DNA from: Eledone cirrhosa
Lineage: Eukaryota
Direction: 5' to 3'
Length of the DNA: 64,000 nt
NCBI GenBank assembly: GCA_964016885.1
Contig: OZ024741.1
Coordinates: 204,352,001-204,416,000 of the forward strand
Below, in pieces: positions 39,919 to 51,338 of this stretch. The position numbers were made by a program, and so were the translations under genes. The notes beneath the pieces are model-generated. The model saw only the letters and a list, made by a program, of their open reading frames with translations. It ran no database searches and had not been told where the DNA came from. Each line of letters opens with the position of its first letter. Within the stretch, counting starts at the first letter, position 1.

Positions 39919-40399
39919 GGCAGCTCGACATGGATTACAACTAAATGGCAAGATGCAACGCATAAAAAAGCAAGAGCAGCGCTATTTGGAATTGCTTGAG
40001 TCTGCCAAAAATCATAAAAATCAGCCCTCAAACATCAAACCTTCTAGCATCTATAAGACTCTTACAGAGACAGGGTGTGAAAAGCAGCAGAAATGTATTG
40101 ATAGCAATAATTGTCTTGAACAAGAAACACTGATTAAAAGGAAGAAGAAGAAGAAAAAGAAGAAAGATTACTTGAATAGTGAAGTGGATTTAGAAAAAAC
40201 AGTTCATTGTCAACAAAGTTTAGAAACACAAGAACTTGTGAGAAATAAATTATATGTTAATGAAGACTTAAAAGACACTAGTAAAAATATTGTTCAATTG
40301 TCTAAGCAAAACAGAAATGTTATAACTGAACACACACAACGTTCAAAACAAAAGGTTAAGAAACACAAAAAGAGAAAAAGGTGTATAGAATTTGAATAA
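39919..40399 (+). CDS. GPATCH4: GPATCH4 final coding exon (Lys-rich tail)
   Basis: tttttag acceptor; AARHGLQLNGKMQRIKKQEQRYLE..., poly-K tracts; TAA stop overlapping AATAAA; spliced CDS 915 nt = 304 aa. Confidence 0.94.
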
Positions 40400-41040
40400 A
40401 AATAATCTAAAATTATGAATTTAGTTAACAGAAATTGCAGGAAGCTTGCTGTGTGTGTATTACTCTATTTCAAAGGTTCTCAACCCATTTTGCCCCTCGA
40501 AATCACGACCCCCCCCCCCCCCCTATTTTTCCATTTTTTTATATACTACTGATTTTAATATCAGTAGATTACTGAGCCAAATCAAGCTATGTTAGAATCT
40601 TTTAAAGAATCTTTAAAAAAATACTCGTATGAATTAAATACAAAAAGTTTCAGTCCAAAACAAAAGCAAGCTATTTCAAATTATATATTTTTGAAAAATA
40701 GATGTGAATGTTCTCAAAGATTTGATCTCAGTCGAAAAAGCTTTTTTTTTAAATTCTATATTTCACTGTTAGCTGTTGCAATATTTTGAGTAGATAGACA
40801 ATTCTACAATTCAAACTGTAAAGTCAAAATACAAAAGATGCAAAATATGAAGAATTTCTTACCTTTCTCTGGAATCACAAACTCAAGGGAAAAATAGTAC
40901 CTTGCAAAATAAAGTGCCTCGATCACAAACTTAGTTGCAACGAATGAATTGAGATGTTTAGTGACAGTGAGCAAACAATATCTGTATCCCTTATATATAT
41001 ACATAGATAGATACACACACACGCAATCACGCGCGCACAC

Positions 41041-41075
<35 letters not shown>

Positions 41076-42074
41076 AATGTGTGTGTGCCTTGTTTTTGGT
41101 ACAGAAAGTATTTTGTCACCAGTTTTTATTGCCGGATCAAAGGCCACTGCTCTTTTCAACAACGTCAAATAACAAAGCCATATCATCATCGTTTAAGTTT
41201 ATATTTAATTAAGAGGTGCCTACTGACTGTAGGTTTTGCTTTGTACTTAGGCAAGGCGGGTCTTCTGTATTACTGCGTAGCGCCAAAGATCTCGGTCCAG
41301 TAACATTGTCTTGGAGAGGTGTAAGTGTGTAAGGTCGGAATTTATCAAATCGTCCCAGGTTTTTCTGGGTCTGCCTACTCCGTAACTTCCATCAATTTTG
41401 ATCGCCCTGCACATTTTTATACAGCTGTCTTTCATGCGCATCACGTGACCATACCAACATAGTCTTCTCTCGAGTAAACAGCATCTGATCCCTCTTATAC
41501 CTAATTTCTCACTTAGTTCATTTATGCTTTGCTGTTCACGTATATTACTATTACACATCCAGCGGAGCATGCAAGCTTCGTTCCTCTCCAGTCTGCATAT
41601 ATCCTCTGCACACAATGACCATGTCTCACTGCCATGTAACATTGCTGTTCGTATACAGACATCATACAGCCTGCCTTTCATTTTTAGAGAGAAACCTTTA
41701 GTGGCCAATAGTGGTATAAGCTCTCTGAACTTTTTCCATCCCGTTCTGACTCTGGCTACTGTACTTTCAGAGTACCCTCCACCACTGCTGATTTTGTCAC
41801 CCAAGTAACGGAAGGTGTCCACTATTTCTATAGAACCATCTGGGCAATAGAAGGAGCTAGTATCCTGTGGGCACTTGCTACTTACTGCACCTGAGCACCG
41901 GCCACATATAAAAATCTACGTTCTTAGATAGCTTACCTGTGATCCCACTACATCTTTTATGCACCCATACTTTGCATTTGGGACATAAAATGGAATTTCT
42001 GCCTACTCCTTTCCTACACACTGAGCATGGCCATTTCCCAGAGGGGACCTGTGTCCTATTTTCCCTTGCAATCA

Positions 42075-42410
42075 AAAGGTTGTGAGTTCAATTCTCAGAC
42101 CGGGTGATGTGTTGTTTCCTTGAGCAAGACACTTTATTTCACATTGCTCCAGTTTACTCAGCTGTAGAAATGAGATGATAGGACTGGGGTCCCTATCATT
42201 CCACTGCAAAGTGGTCGTGGAGGTGCCACGGCAAAAAAGCACCCAGCCCACACTGTAAAGTGGACGTGTAGGCGCCACGGAAAAAAGCACCCAGCACTCA
42301 CTGTAAATGAGGTTGGTGTTAGAAAGGGCATCCAGCTATAGAAATCAAGCCAGAATCAGTTCCCATCCCACCCTTGCAAGCAGGGAAAAGCGAACGTAAA
42401 ATGAAATGAA
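42075..42410 (+). mobile_element. CORE-type SINE with RTE-like 3' module, inserted in the LINE
   Basis: gagttcaattc B-box, ccttgagcaagacac core, 48-bp unit, gggcatccagc and tail; absent from the sister LINE near 60730-60760. Confidence 0.75.
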
Positions 42411-43720
42411 AACTTTAAGTTAGCTTTAAGGCCTTTTGATTCTAGGCCATGCTTCCATGTTTGAAATTTCTTCTCTAGTTCACCCATCGATTCAGCTATG
42501 AGCGTTAGATCATCTGCATATAGAAGTTCCCATGGACAGCCGGTCTCGAACACCTCTGTTATAGCCTGAAGGGCAATAATAAATAGGAGGGGGCTAAGGA
42601 CAGAGCCCTGATGAACACCAGCTTTTACACTAAATTCTTCACTAGATTCGTTGTTAATTCTAACTTTGCTGACTGTTTCTTTACACATGGCTTGTATAGC
42701 TCACAAGCCTTTCATCAACCCCTAGTTTTCTAAGGGCCCACCAGATAATGGCACGGGGGACTCTGTCAAAGCTTTTTTCCAAGTCAACAAAAGCTAAGTA
42801 TAGGGGTTTACTTTTAGCTAGGTACTTCTCCTGTAGTTGTCGTTCAAAGAAAAGGGCATCTGTGGTACTTTTACCTGACACAAACCCAAACCGCATTTCA
42901 TCTAGATCAATTCGCTCTTTGATTAGTTGCGCTATAACTTTTTCTGTGACCTTCATGACCTGCTCAATTAATTTAATGCCTCTATAGTTTCCCCTATCTA
43001 GGGCATCTGCTTTACCCTTGTAGCAGTTAATGATGATGCTGCTACGCCAGTCATTTGGTATGACCCCATTCTGTATGACTTGGTTTACTATCCGGGTGAC
43101 CATAGTGTGCCCCACCATTCCAGATGCTTTTAGCATTTCAGCAACTCTCTTCGAAGGCCCAGCTGCCTTGCCTGTCTTCATATCTTTGATTGCCTTACTT
43201 ATTATACTACCTTCAACTTGCACTGCTGGTCCCTCTATTGGATCGATTTGGGGCAGACTATCTTTTTCCCATTTATTCTCCTCATTTAGTAGTCTGTTGT
43301 AGTGACACTTCCAAGCTTCCTTCTTATCAACATCAGTGATGACAAGTACACCATCATCATTACAGACACACTTCTCCCTGACAATATCATGGTTTTCCTT
43401 GACACATTGCCTAGCAATCCTGAACACCTCACGTTTTTGGCTCTCGCATTGTAGAACATGCTTGACCTTTCTTTCCTCTGCTTCCCTTCTTGCAAAGTAC
43501 ACTTGTCTCCTAGCTTCCCCCCTGGCCACTTGATAGAGTTCTCTACTTCCCTCATCCTGCCATACTTTCCAAGCCTGCTTTTTGGCCTTGATTGACTCCT
43601 CCACCTTACTGTTCCACCACCACGTTACTCTCCTCCTGCCTATAGGTCTGCTCCAGCCACAGATTTCCTCTGTCGCCTTCAGCAGGTTAACTTTCAGAAA
43701 TTCCCACTGTTCCTCTATAT

Positions 43721-46267
43721 CAGAGGTTCCCAACCTTTTTGTCGTTATCGCCCACTTTTCCACACAAAAATTCCCATCGCCCACCTGTGCAGTAATTTTA
43801 AGGACGCAAAAATAAAGCATTATTCAGAATGGTTGCTTAAAAAATGAAATATTGCAAAATGGGCATTCAGAGTTGAAACGTTATTCAGAAGTTTTTGATT
43901 GCTAAATGTTTCTCAATGAAACAAACTCACCATGTTCAGTGTGATCCTTGAGGCTGATGCGATGTAGCTAGTGCAGACACATTTGGTTGCAAACTTGTCA
44001 ATTTTAATCGCAAGTCTCCTCATTTGGCTACATCCAGTCCACTTCTGCTTTTAGAAAGTAAAGTACCAATGTGACTGAAACCAGATTCCACCAAGTACGA
44101 CGTTGGGGAGGCAAGCAAAATTATTTTCAAATGCTTCCATAGGCTGGAGTAAGAATTCAATATACTTTGATGATACCACAAGCCTTCTTTGCCATGAAGC
44201 CGATATCGCATTGTGGCCTCATTATCATTTTGCAATTCAATTAGCTCCTCCTGAACGTCGTCCTCGCAATAGACTGCTTGGACTTCAAACGGATTGCTAT
44301 ACCAATTTGGAATATTCTGTGTAATAACATCTTGAAATCGCTCCACCATGTCATCATGCAATGATTGTAGATAGTCACGATAGGTAACGATATCCTCATC
44401 AACCAACTCATCTTTCAAAGAATCCAGTTGTGGAAATTGATGCAATTGACATTTGGAAATGTTTATTTTATACAGGACCAATTTTGAAATGAAGGCGGTG
44501 ATAAATGATTTACAGTCGACAAGAGTTTTTTGCTTTCCTTGCAACAACTTAATCAAATCATTAAGTTTAGTGAATATATCACTCAGAAAAAAAATATCGC
44601 GCTTTGCAGCAATCAATGAAGCCGACAGAGGAGTACTTTCAAAGAAAGATATGATCACATGAAACAGTTCAACAAAGCAAACAACACAGTTGTCCTTTGA
44701 CAGCCATTGTACGGTACAAAAGCCTAACAAAGTCATCATCATTATCGAGACACAGTTGACGGAAAATTCGATCAGACAAGGAATTTAATTTAAATTTATT
44801 CAGTCTTGATAACCAACTGCAGCGCATCATTCAACCGACCATTGATATTTTTTGCCACTAAATGTTGTCGGTGTATCACACAATGAACTGTTAAAATCTG
44901 TTGAGAAATTTCACACTTTAGGAGAGATGAAAAACCTCTGTATCTTCCAACCATAGAAGGGGCCCCATCAGACGCACAGGCAATAATATTGGTCAGTGGG
45001 ATATGATGTTCAGAAAGGAAACGCTTAAGCATATCGAAAATAGATGTACCTTTTGAATCAAGCAGCAAGTTCTCTGTGAACAGCATTTCCTCACAAGGAA
45101 CATAAACCATCATCAAACATTGGTTATCTATAACGGTTGATTCATCCACTTGTATAGAAAATTCAGAACACTGGAGAATTTGAATGAGTTGATGTTTGAC
45201 ATCGGTGGTCATTTCATCTATTCGTCGAGAAATTGTATTGTTACTAAGTGGAATTTTCTTGATAATTGTCGGACTTCTCATGCATTACAGTCGACAGAAC
45301 TTCTTCAATTACAGGTCGAAGCAATGTTTCTCCTACAGTGTGGGACTTCCCGGTCTTTGTGACCAGTAATGCAATATTGTACGACGCAATCATACCGTCA
45401 TTTTCCTGTACAGTTGCTTCCCTAAACATCGTGTTCAGTGTTTTCCGCTTTTCGAAAGAGGCCTTAAGTTGCAAAAAATATGACCGGTTTGTCTTTTTTG
45501 TCAGAATGCTTGGAATCAAAATGATATTTCAAGCATGAAGGTTTCATGGCTTCATTTCCCAAAGTTTGCTGGCATAGAAGACACATGGGTAATTGACAGT
45601 TCTGAGGAGAAGCAATAAATCCATATGATAAATAATCAATGCTGTACTGGCGACAAGTTTTCTTTACCGGAGGCATCAGGGAAGTTAAAATTCGAAAAAA
45701 GAATTCATAGAGGCGGAATTGGCGAAGGCAGAAATTCACAATGCGTGTCAACAGCAGTGTTAACACGTTTTGCTGTTGGTCTTGCGTCATCACCTATTTT
45801 AGCTTACCGATGCACACGGATGTATGAGCGTCCATGTGAGCTGTTCGGCAGCCGTAAACTGCTAGACATCAATCAGTTGAAAACAGATGAATTACAGTCG
45901 TACAGCTGGATAATACTTCCTTAGTCTAGACTAGGGAAGAGCGAATCTGAGCTCTGTGATTACAGCATACCGGCCATTGGACGCCATACTTTGCAGCAAA
46001 GAGTTACGTCCCTTTATGATCTGAGTTCAAATCCCGCCGAGGTTAACTTTGCCTTTCATCCTTATGGGGTCGATAAAATAAAGTACCAGTAATGCATTGG
46101 GTAATTGCTGGCCTTGTGCCAAAAGTAAAAACAATTATATGATCAATAACATACTTAATTACCGAAAATCCTTTGTCGCCCACCATTTCCTAAAAATTCG
46201 TTCATCTCCCACCCGATAGTTGAAATCGCCCACCGGTGGGCCATATCGCCCAGGTTGGGAAACCCTG
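43721..46267 (-). mobile_element. Buster-subfamily hAT DNA transposon, full length, frameshifted
   Basis: TIRs cagaggttcccaacct / aggttgggaaaccctg; TSD ctctatat / ctctatgt (nnnTAnnn); the empty site is present in the sister LINE near 59502-59509. Confidence 0.95.
43936..45676 (-). pseudogene. Buster/ZBED8-like hAT transposase, frameshifted
   Basis: BED finger (PMCLLC...MKPSCLKYHFDSKH), FSIQVDEST, CASDGAPSMVG, VHCVIHRQHL, PTSYLVESGFS, C-terminal HQPQGSH*. Confidence 0.93.
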
Positions 46268-48092
46268 CTCTATGTTGTACGTCTCTAATTGCTTTTCCCT
46301 ACTGTCAAAAGCATCAAGTAATATGCTTTTAAATTTGTTACTGGCTGTGGGGTCCTTTAACTTCCATATTCTTCTCCTTAGGGTAGTCCTCCTCTGTTGT
46401 CGAGTACGTCTCGTCCTGACTATGAGGCCGTTAACTATGAGGCTATGTTGGGAGGTGCATTCTTCACAGGGGAGGGATTTAGTGTTTACAACAGACACTC
46501 TGTCACATCTTCTGGTAAGGATATAATCTATCTGACTGGCGTGTTCCCCTGATCTATAGGTGATCGTTTTTTGAAGTTTGTGTTACAGATAGTTAGGTTA
46601 TTAGCATCACAGAATTCCAGGATTCTGAAGCCTTCCTCATTTCTAGTACCAAACCCATAGCCTCCATGGATTCCATCATAGCCATCACAATGTTGTCCAA
46701 CATGACCATTTAGGTCGCCAGCGATAATTATGTAGTCACTGTAGGTTATTTGGGAGGTAGTGAGCATTAGCGACTCATAGAATCTGTCTTTTATAATGCC
46801 AGTCAGTCCAGATTGGGGTACATACGTGGATATTATTGTCACAGTAGTTCTATTTAGGACATCGTATTTTAATTATTCTGTCGTTCACTCTATTTACGTC
46901 TATTACCTTATCTACCCATTTTTCTGCTAACATCATTCCTACTCCACCCAGCCCATTGTCATTTCCCACCCAGAAAAGTTTATAGCATCGTTTTTTACCC
47001 ACAATGAATCTAGCAGACCCACCCCTCCACCTGGTCTCTTGAACACAGCAAACATCAACTTCCTTACATTCAAGCATCTCTACAACCTCGTTAGAGCGAC
47101 CTTTTAAAGTGCCTACATTCATGGTACCAACTCTGAAGTTTTGGATTGCATTTGGTGGGTGGAATGGATGGGTTGGAGTTGCAGGGAGGGGTGAGGGAGA
47201 TGGGGTTATGTTAGCCATCCGCGGCCGAAATAAAGAGGAGTCCTTGCATTCTCATCCAGCAACATGAGGATAATTTATCTTTATCTTTGACATTGTCATT
47301 GAGTGTCCAGATTCTTCAGACTCTCCAGAATTCCATAGTCCATCTAGCATATCAAAGGCAACTAGGTCTAAACTTAAGGAGTGATAGCCGAGGCGGTGGT
47401 TTTGTGAAAGAGATTGGTAAGAGAAACATATTATAAACCGCTGAATTATGATTGGACCAAATAATAATTGTTTCTACTTTTGGCACAAGGCCAGCAATTA
47501 TCCCAGTGTATTACTGGTAGTTTATTTAATCGACCCCATAAGGATGAAAGGCAAATAATGGTGGCGAGTGGGGGCGGGCGTGAGGGATATGGGGGAGTTA
47601 ACTAGAAGGTTATTTTGTAATATAATCCTAGAAATTCGGCCATAATTAAACGAACATATAACAGTAATCAGAGTTTAAATACAAGAAGAAGATTGCTTTT
47701 GAGGGTCTGACAGAATTATCGAATAACATTGAAAAGATTGGATTCTAAGTTAAACGGACGATATAATACTGATAGGTAAATGGACTAGGAAAAACATGGA
47801 GAGACAAGAAAATAGGGTGAAATACATTACATTTCTCAAAAACAAGCGTTCGACCAAGATAAGGAATCGACAAATTCTGAGATTCATAACTCACAACAGG
47901 TTCATTTTATATTTGCGGAGAGAGAGAGAAAGGGGGAGGGCGTGAGATAACCTGCAAGCGCATAAACGATGTATGAGGGATATATATATATATTTATATA
48001 TATATATATATATATACCCCACTCTCAAGAGCGTGAAATTAATAAACATTTGTTGTACTGCCTCTCTGTTTTGTTCCCGTTCAATTTTTCCT

Positions 48093-48157
<65 letters not shown>

Positions 48158-48189
48158 GTGTGTGTGTTTGGTACACGTGTATCTATCTA

Positions 48190-50056
48190 ACGAAACGTTG
48201 ACAGGAGCAAGACTAAACCCAAACAAGTCTGTCGGTTTGCAACTCGGCACATGGAGAGGACAACCCATGCCTTCCGACAGTGTCGTTGGACGCTGGACGG
48301 TAGGACCGATGAAATTGCTCGGGGTCTGGTTTGGTCCAGACCTCCAGGTGGACAAGAACTGGAACGAGGTCACGGCGAAGGTGTTTGCACTCACCCAGAA
48401 GTGGGCTGTGTGCAAACTCTCCTTGAAAGGTCGAGCGGAGGTGGCGAACACTTACATAGCGTCCGTCATCTACTACCGCTTGACAGTCGTGCCTTGTCCC
48501 GCGAATACCTCACCAAAATGGAACGCCTACTCTTCAAGTTCCTCTGGAAGAAACAGGCTCCATTGGTGAGGAGATCCATCTGCTGTCAACACCTTTTTAA
48601 CGGAGGGCTGGGCATGCCATGGCTGATGATGCGCAAACACGCGCTGAGGCTACGCCATCTCCAGGTATTCCTGACCAGTGAACCAGTGTGGCTGTCGTTT
48701 GTGAGACAAGCTCTTCCACAACTCGTCTCACTAACAGAACTGCAGTCCTGGGTCAAGCGAAGACCGTGTAGCGGTTGTCTCCCTTGTTGTGACCCCAATA
48801 GATTAACATCTAGACGGGAAGTAGAACCCTTTCTGTAACTTCCGGTCAGAGCCCTATAAAACGAATAGCCTTCGGCTCACTCTCATTTGGCCTTCCGGCG
48901 CCTGGCCTTAGCCAGGCGTCCTCTGCCAGCCGCGTTTGCCTGGCAATCAAAACGGTAACGACTAACTTTGTTTCATTCTATCATCTATTTCTTTGACATT
49001 TCAACTATACTATCTACCATTGTTAATTAAATATTATACACACAAACCATGCCTCGTTTTGTTACATTCATACAACCCAGTACTCTCGCTATAACCGAAA
49101 ATGGGTGCCTGGCACCTCGAGTGCCTTCAGGCGCTCACAGCCCTCTACCAAGCGGAAACAGCAATCAGCAGAGACTCCACTTCGACATTCTATAGGGGAT
49201 TAGTGGAGGATAAGTGCGACGACGTTCTCGGGGAAACTCTAGGCATCGAGGAGGACGAAGTGACCAGTCTATTTGGGAGGACTTTCCGTCCAGGGCCTAT
49301 GGATAACTTCCAGAGGTTTCTGGCCTGGCAGTGCTACCGAGGAGCTCTACCAGTTTGAGACAAAATCTACAGACACGGACGCTCTGGAAGAGATCCTGCC
49401 AAAAGGACCTGTCCAAGATGCGAGCAGTACATCGAAACCGTTCTGCACGCAATTGTTCAGTGCACAGGGGTGACCGACCTGTGAAATTATGTCGAACAGC
49501 TACTGTCACGTGTGGGACGCATCCAGTTGTCAGCCGAGTCCATCGTGAGGATCACCCCGCCGCCTTCATTTAAGAATGAAGGAGAGGCGGTTTTCCTCTG
49601 TCTGGTGGCTATGGCGAAAGAGGTTAATATGGTGGATGAGGTTAAAAGGACTGAGGGCAAACACCTTTCTCTCCGGACAACAACTTATCCCCTTCTTTAA
49701 GTACCTTTACATCACAGTAAATTCGCTGAAAGATGGGTGAATGTGGCGAAAATAGCCCGAGTGAATGGGCCTTCTCTGTATATAAATATATATACCTGTT
49801 GGTTGAGGAAGATAAACAGAGGGAAGACAGGAACACCTACAAAACATGTTCCTGGTGTTGAGGGTTGTTCTATCCACGGGGTGTAAAACAACCCTGCAGT
49901 AACGTTCCCCCACCTATTGGGGATTTCAATTGTTATTTTATTATATATAGTTTATTATTTATTAATGTTAAAGTTATATGATTTTTACGTAAAACCCCCA
50001 CCGCCATGTCTTGTACTGTCCCATTTTTGTATGCCCCTGTGGCAAATAAAGAAAGA
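48190..50056 (+). mobile_element. 5'-truncated Tx1/L1-clade LINE ORF2 3' part, split by a solo LTR
   Basis: GARLNPNKS..MKLLGVWFG..LSLKGRAEVAN, GGLGMP, CCHC-like CPRC..ETVLHAIVQC; aataaa near the end; tatctatct on both flanks. Confidence 0.85.
48767..49093 (+). mobile_element. Solo LTR (family A), TG...TA ends
   Basis: tgtagcgg...tcgctata with 4-bp TSD accg; homologous to the LTRs at 51339 and 52953 in reverse complement; TATA-like ctataaaa. Confidence 0.92.
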
Positions 50057-50075
50057 TATCTATCTATCTCTCCAA

Positions 50076-50419
50076 CAGGGGGCTGAAACTTGCGGCCCAC
50101 GAATTACTTTTCTATGGCCCGTGGTAGAACCAATATTTCAGATTCCATTATAACTGGTGAAAATAAGGCGGTACGTTCTGAGTTCAAATTCCGCCGATCT
50201 CAACTTTGCCTTTCATCCTTTTGGGGTCGATAAATTAAGTACCAGTTGTGAACTGGGATCGATGTAATCGACGGGACCCTAAACCCTAAATTTCATGCTT
50301 TGTGCCTATAGTAGAAATGATTATAACTGGTGAAAATCATCACCCACCACCACGTTTGGCTCAGTGCCTCTCCTCCAGGACGTAATGGCCCTTTTATGTC
50401 CTTCAGTTTGAGACCCCTC
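50076..50419. mobile_element. Small hAT-like MITE containing a SINE fragment
   Basis: cagggggctgaaact..gcggccc / agtttgagacccct termini; SINE at about 50170-50330. Confidence 0.55.
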
Positions 50420-51338
50420 TTCTACACACACACACACATATATATTTTACTTTTTTTCTGTCTCTGGACTACGCCCATGCTGGAGCATCACCTTGGTAAG
50501 AGGGCAAACACATGCTGGAGCATCACCTTGGTGGGAGGGCAAACGCAAATACACACACAGACATATATACGGCGCGCTTCTTTTAGTTTCGGTCTATCAA
50601 ATCCACTCACAGGGCTTTGGTCAGCCCGGGCAATGGGACTGAACCCGGAAACATGTGGTTGGGAAGCAAGCTTCTTGTCACACTGCGCATATATATATGG
50701 GGGGGGGGGGTCAAGTTAATGGAAAAAAAAAGAACAAAGTCAAGTTACTTTATAACTTCGTTTTTATTTTGTTGTTTTTATTTTTATTGTTAATTTAATA
50801 CCTAATATCTGACTCTGTATCTAAAGAATTAATTCAGCGAAACACAGAACTTCTCTATGGATTTTACAAGATTACATTGAGTTCTATCTACGGTACAGAC
50901 ACTACCACCAGAGGTAGACCAGACTGAAAAAAGAAAATATATATATATATGTGTGTGTATAATATATATATATATAAATCTACATACATACATATATACA
51001 TTTACCTATGTATATAGCTATGCATTTATACATTTGTATATATACATGCATTTATATTTAAGTGTGTAAGGATTGTTCACATGATTTATGTTTTTTTTTC
51101 TTTGGTAAGGAGAGAATTGTGTTTTCAGATTGTATTACCTAGGGAGATTAAATACCACAGCTCTAACTGAAAGCTGACCAGGTTCTCAACCTCATCAAAC
51201 ACCAACGCCAGCCTCTGTGTGTATGTATGTATCTATGTGTATGTATGTATGTATGTACGTATGCATGTGTGTGTATGATTGCTTTTTTCTTATCGTTTCT
51301 GTTGTTCTTGTAACTGTTGTAAAAGTTGACGTTGTCCT

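Larger units (their letters stand above)
41182..47470 (-). mobile_element. Near full-length RTE-clade LINE (APE endonuclease + RT + Cys-rich PHD-like segment), disrupted
   Basis: VGTMNVGTL..CVQETRW, IIAGDLNGHVG, NYRGIKL, AFVDLEKSFDRVP, QGSVLSPLLF, LLYADDL, WYGHVMR, GRPRKTW; (atg)n tail near 41182. Confidence 0.95.

Noticed and set aside
42681-43820. 379-aa ORF as an intact gene
   Set aside because: Chimeric frame: the first ~33 codons come from the Buster terminus and the rest is a fragment of the interrupted RTE ORF
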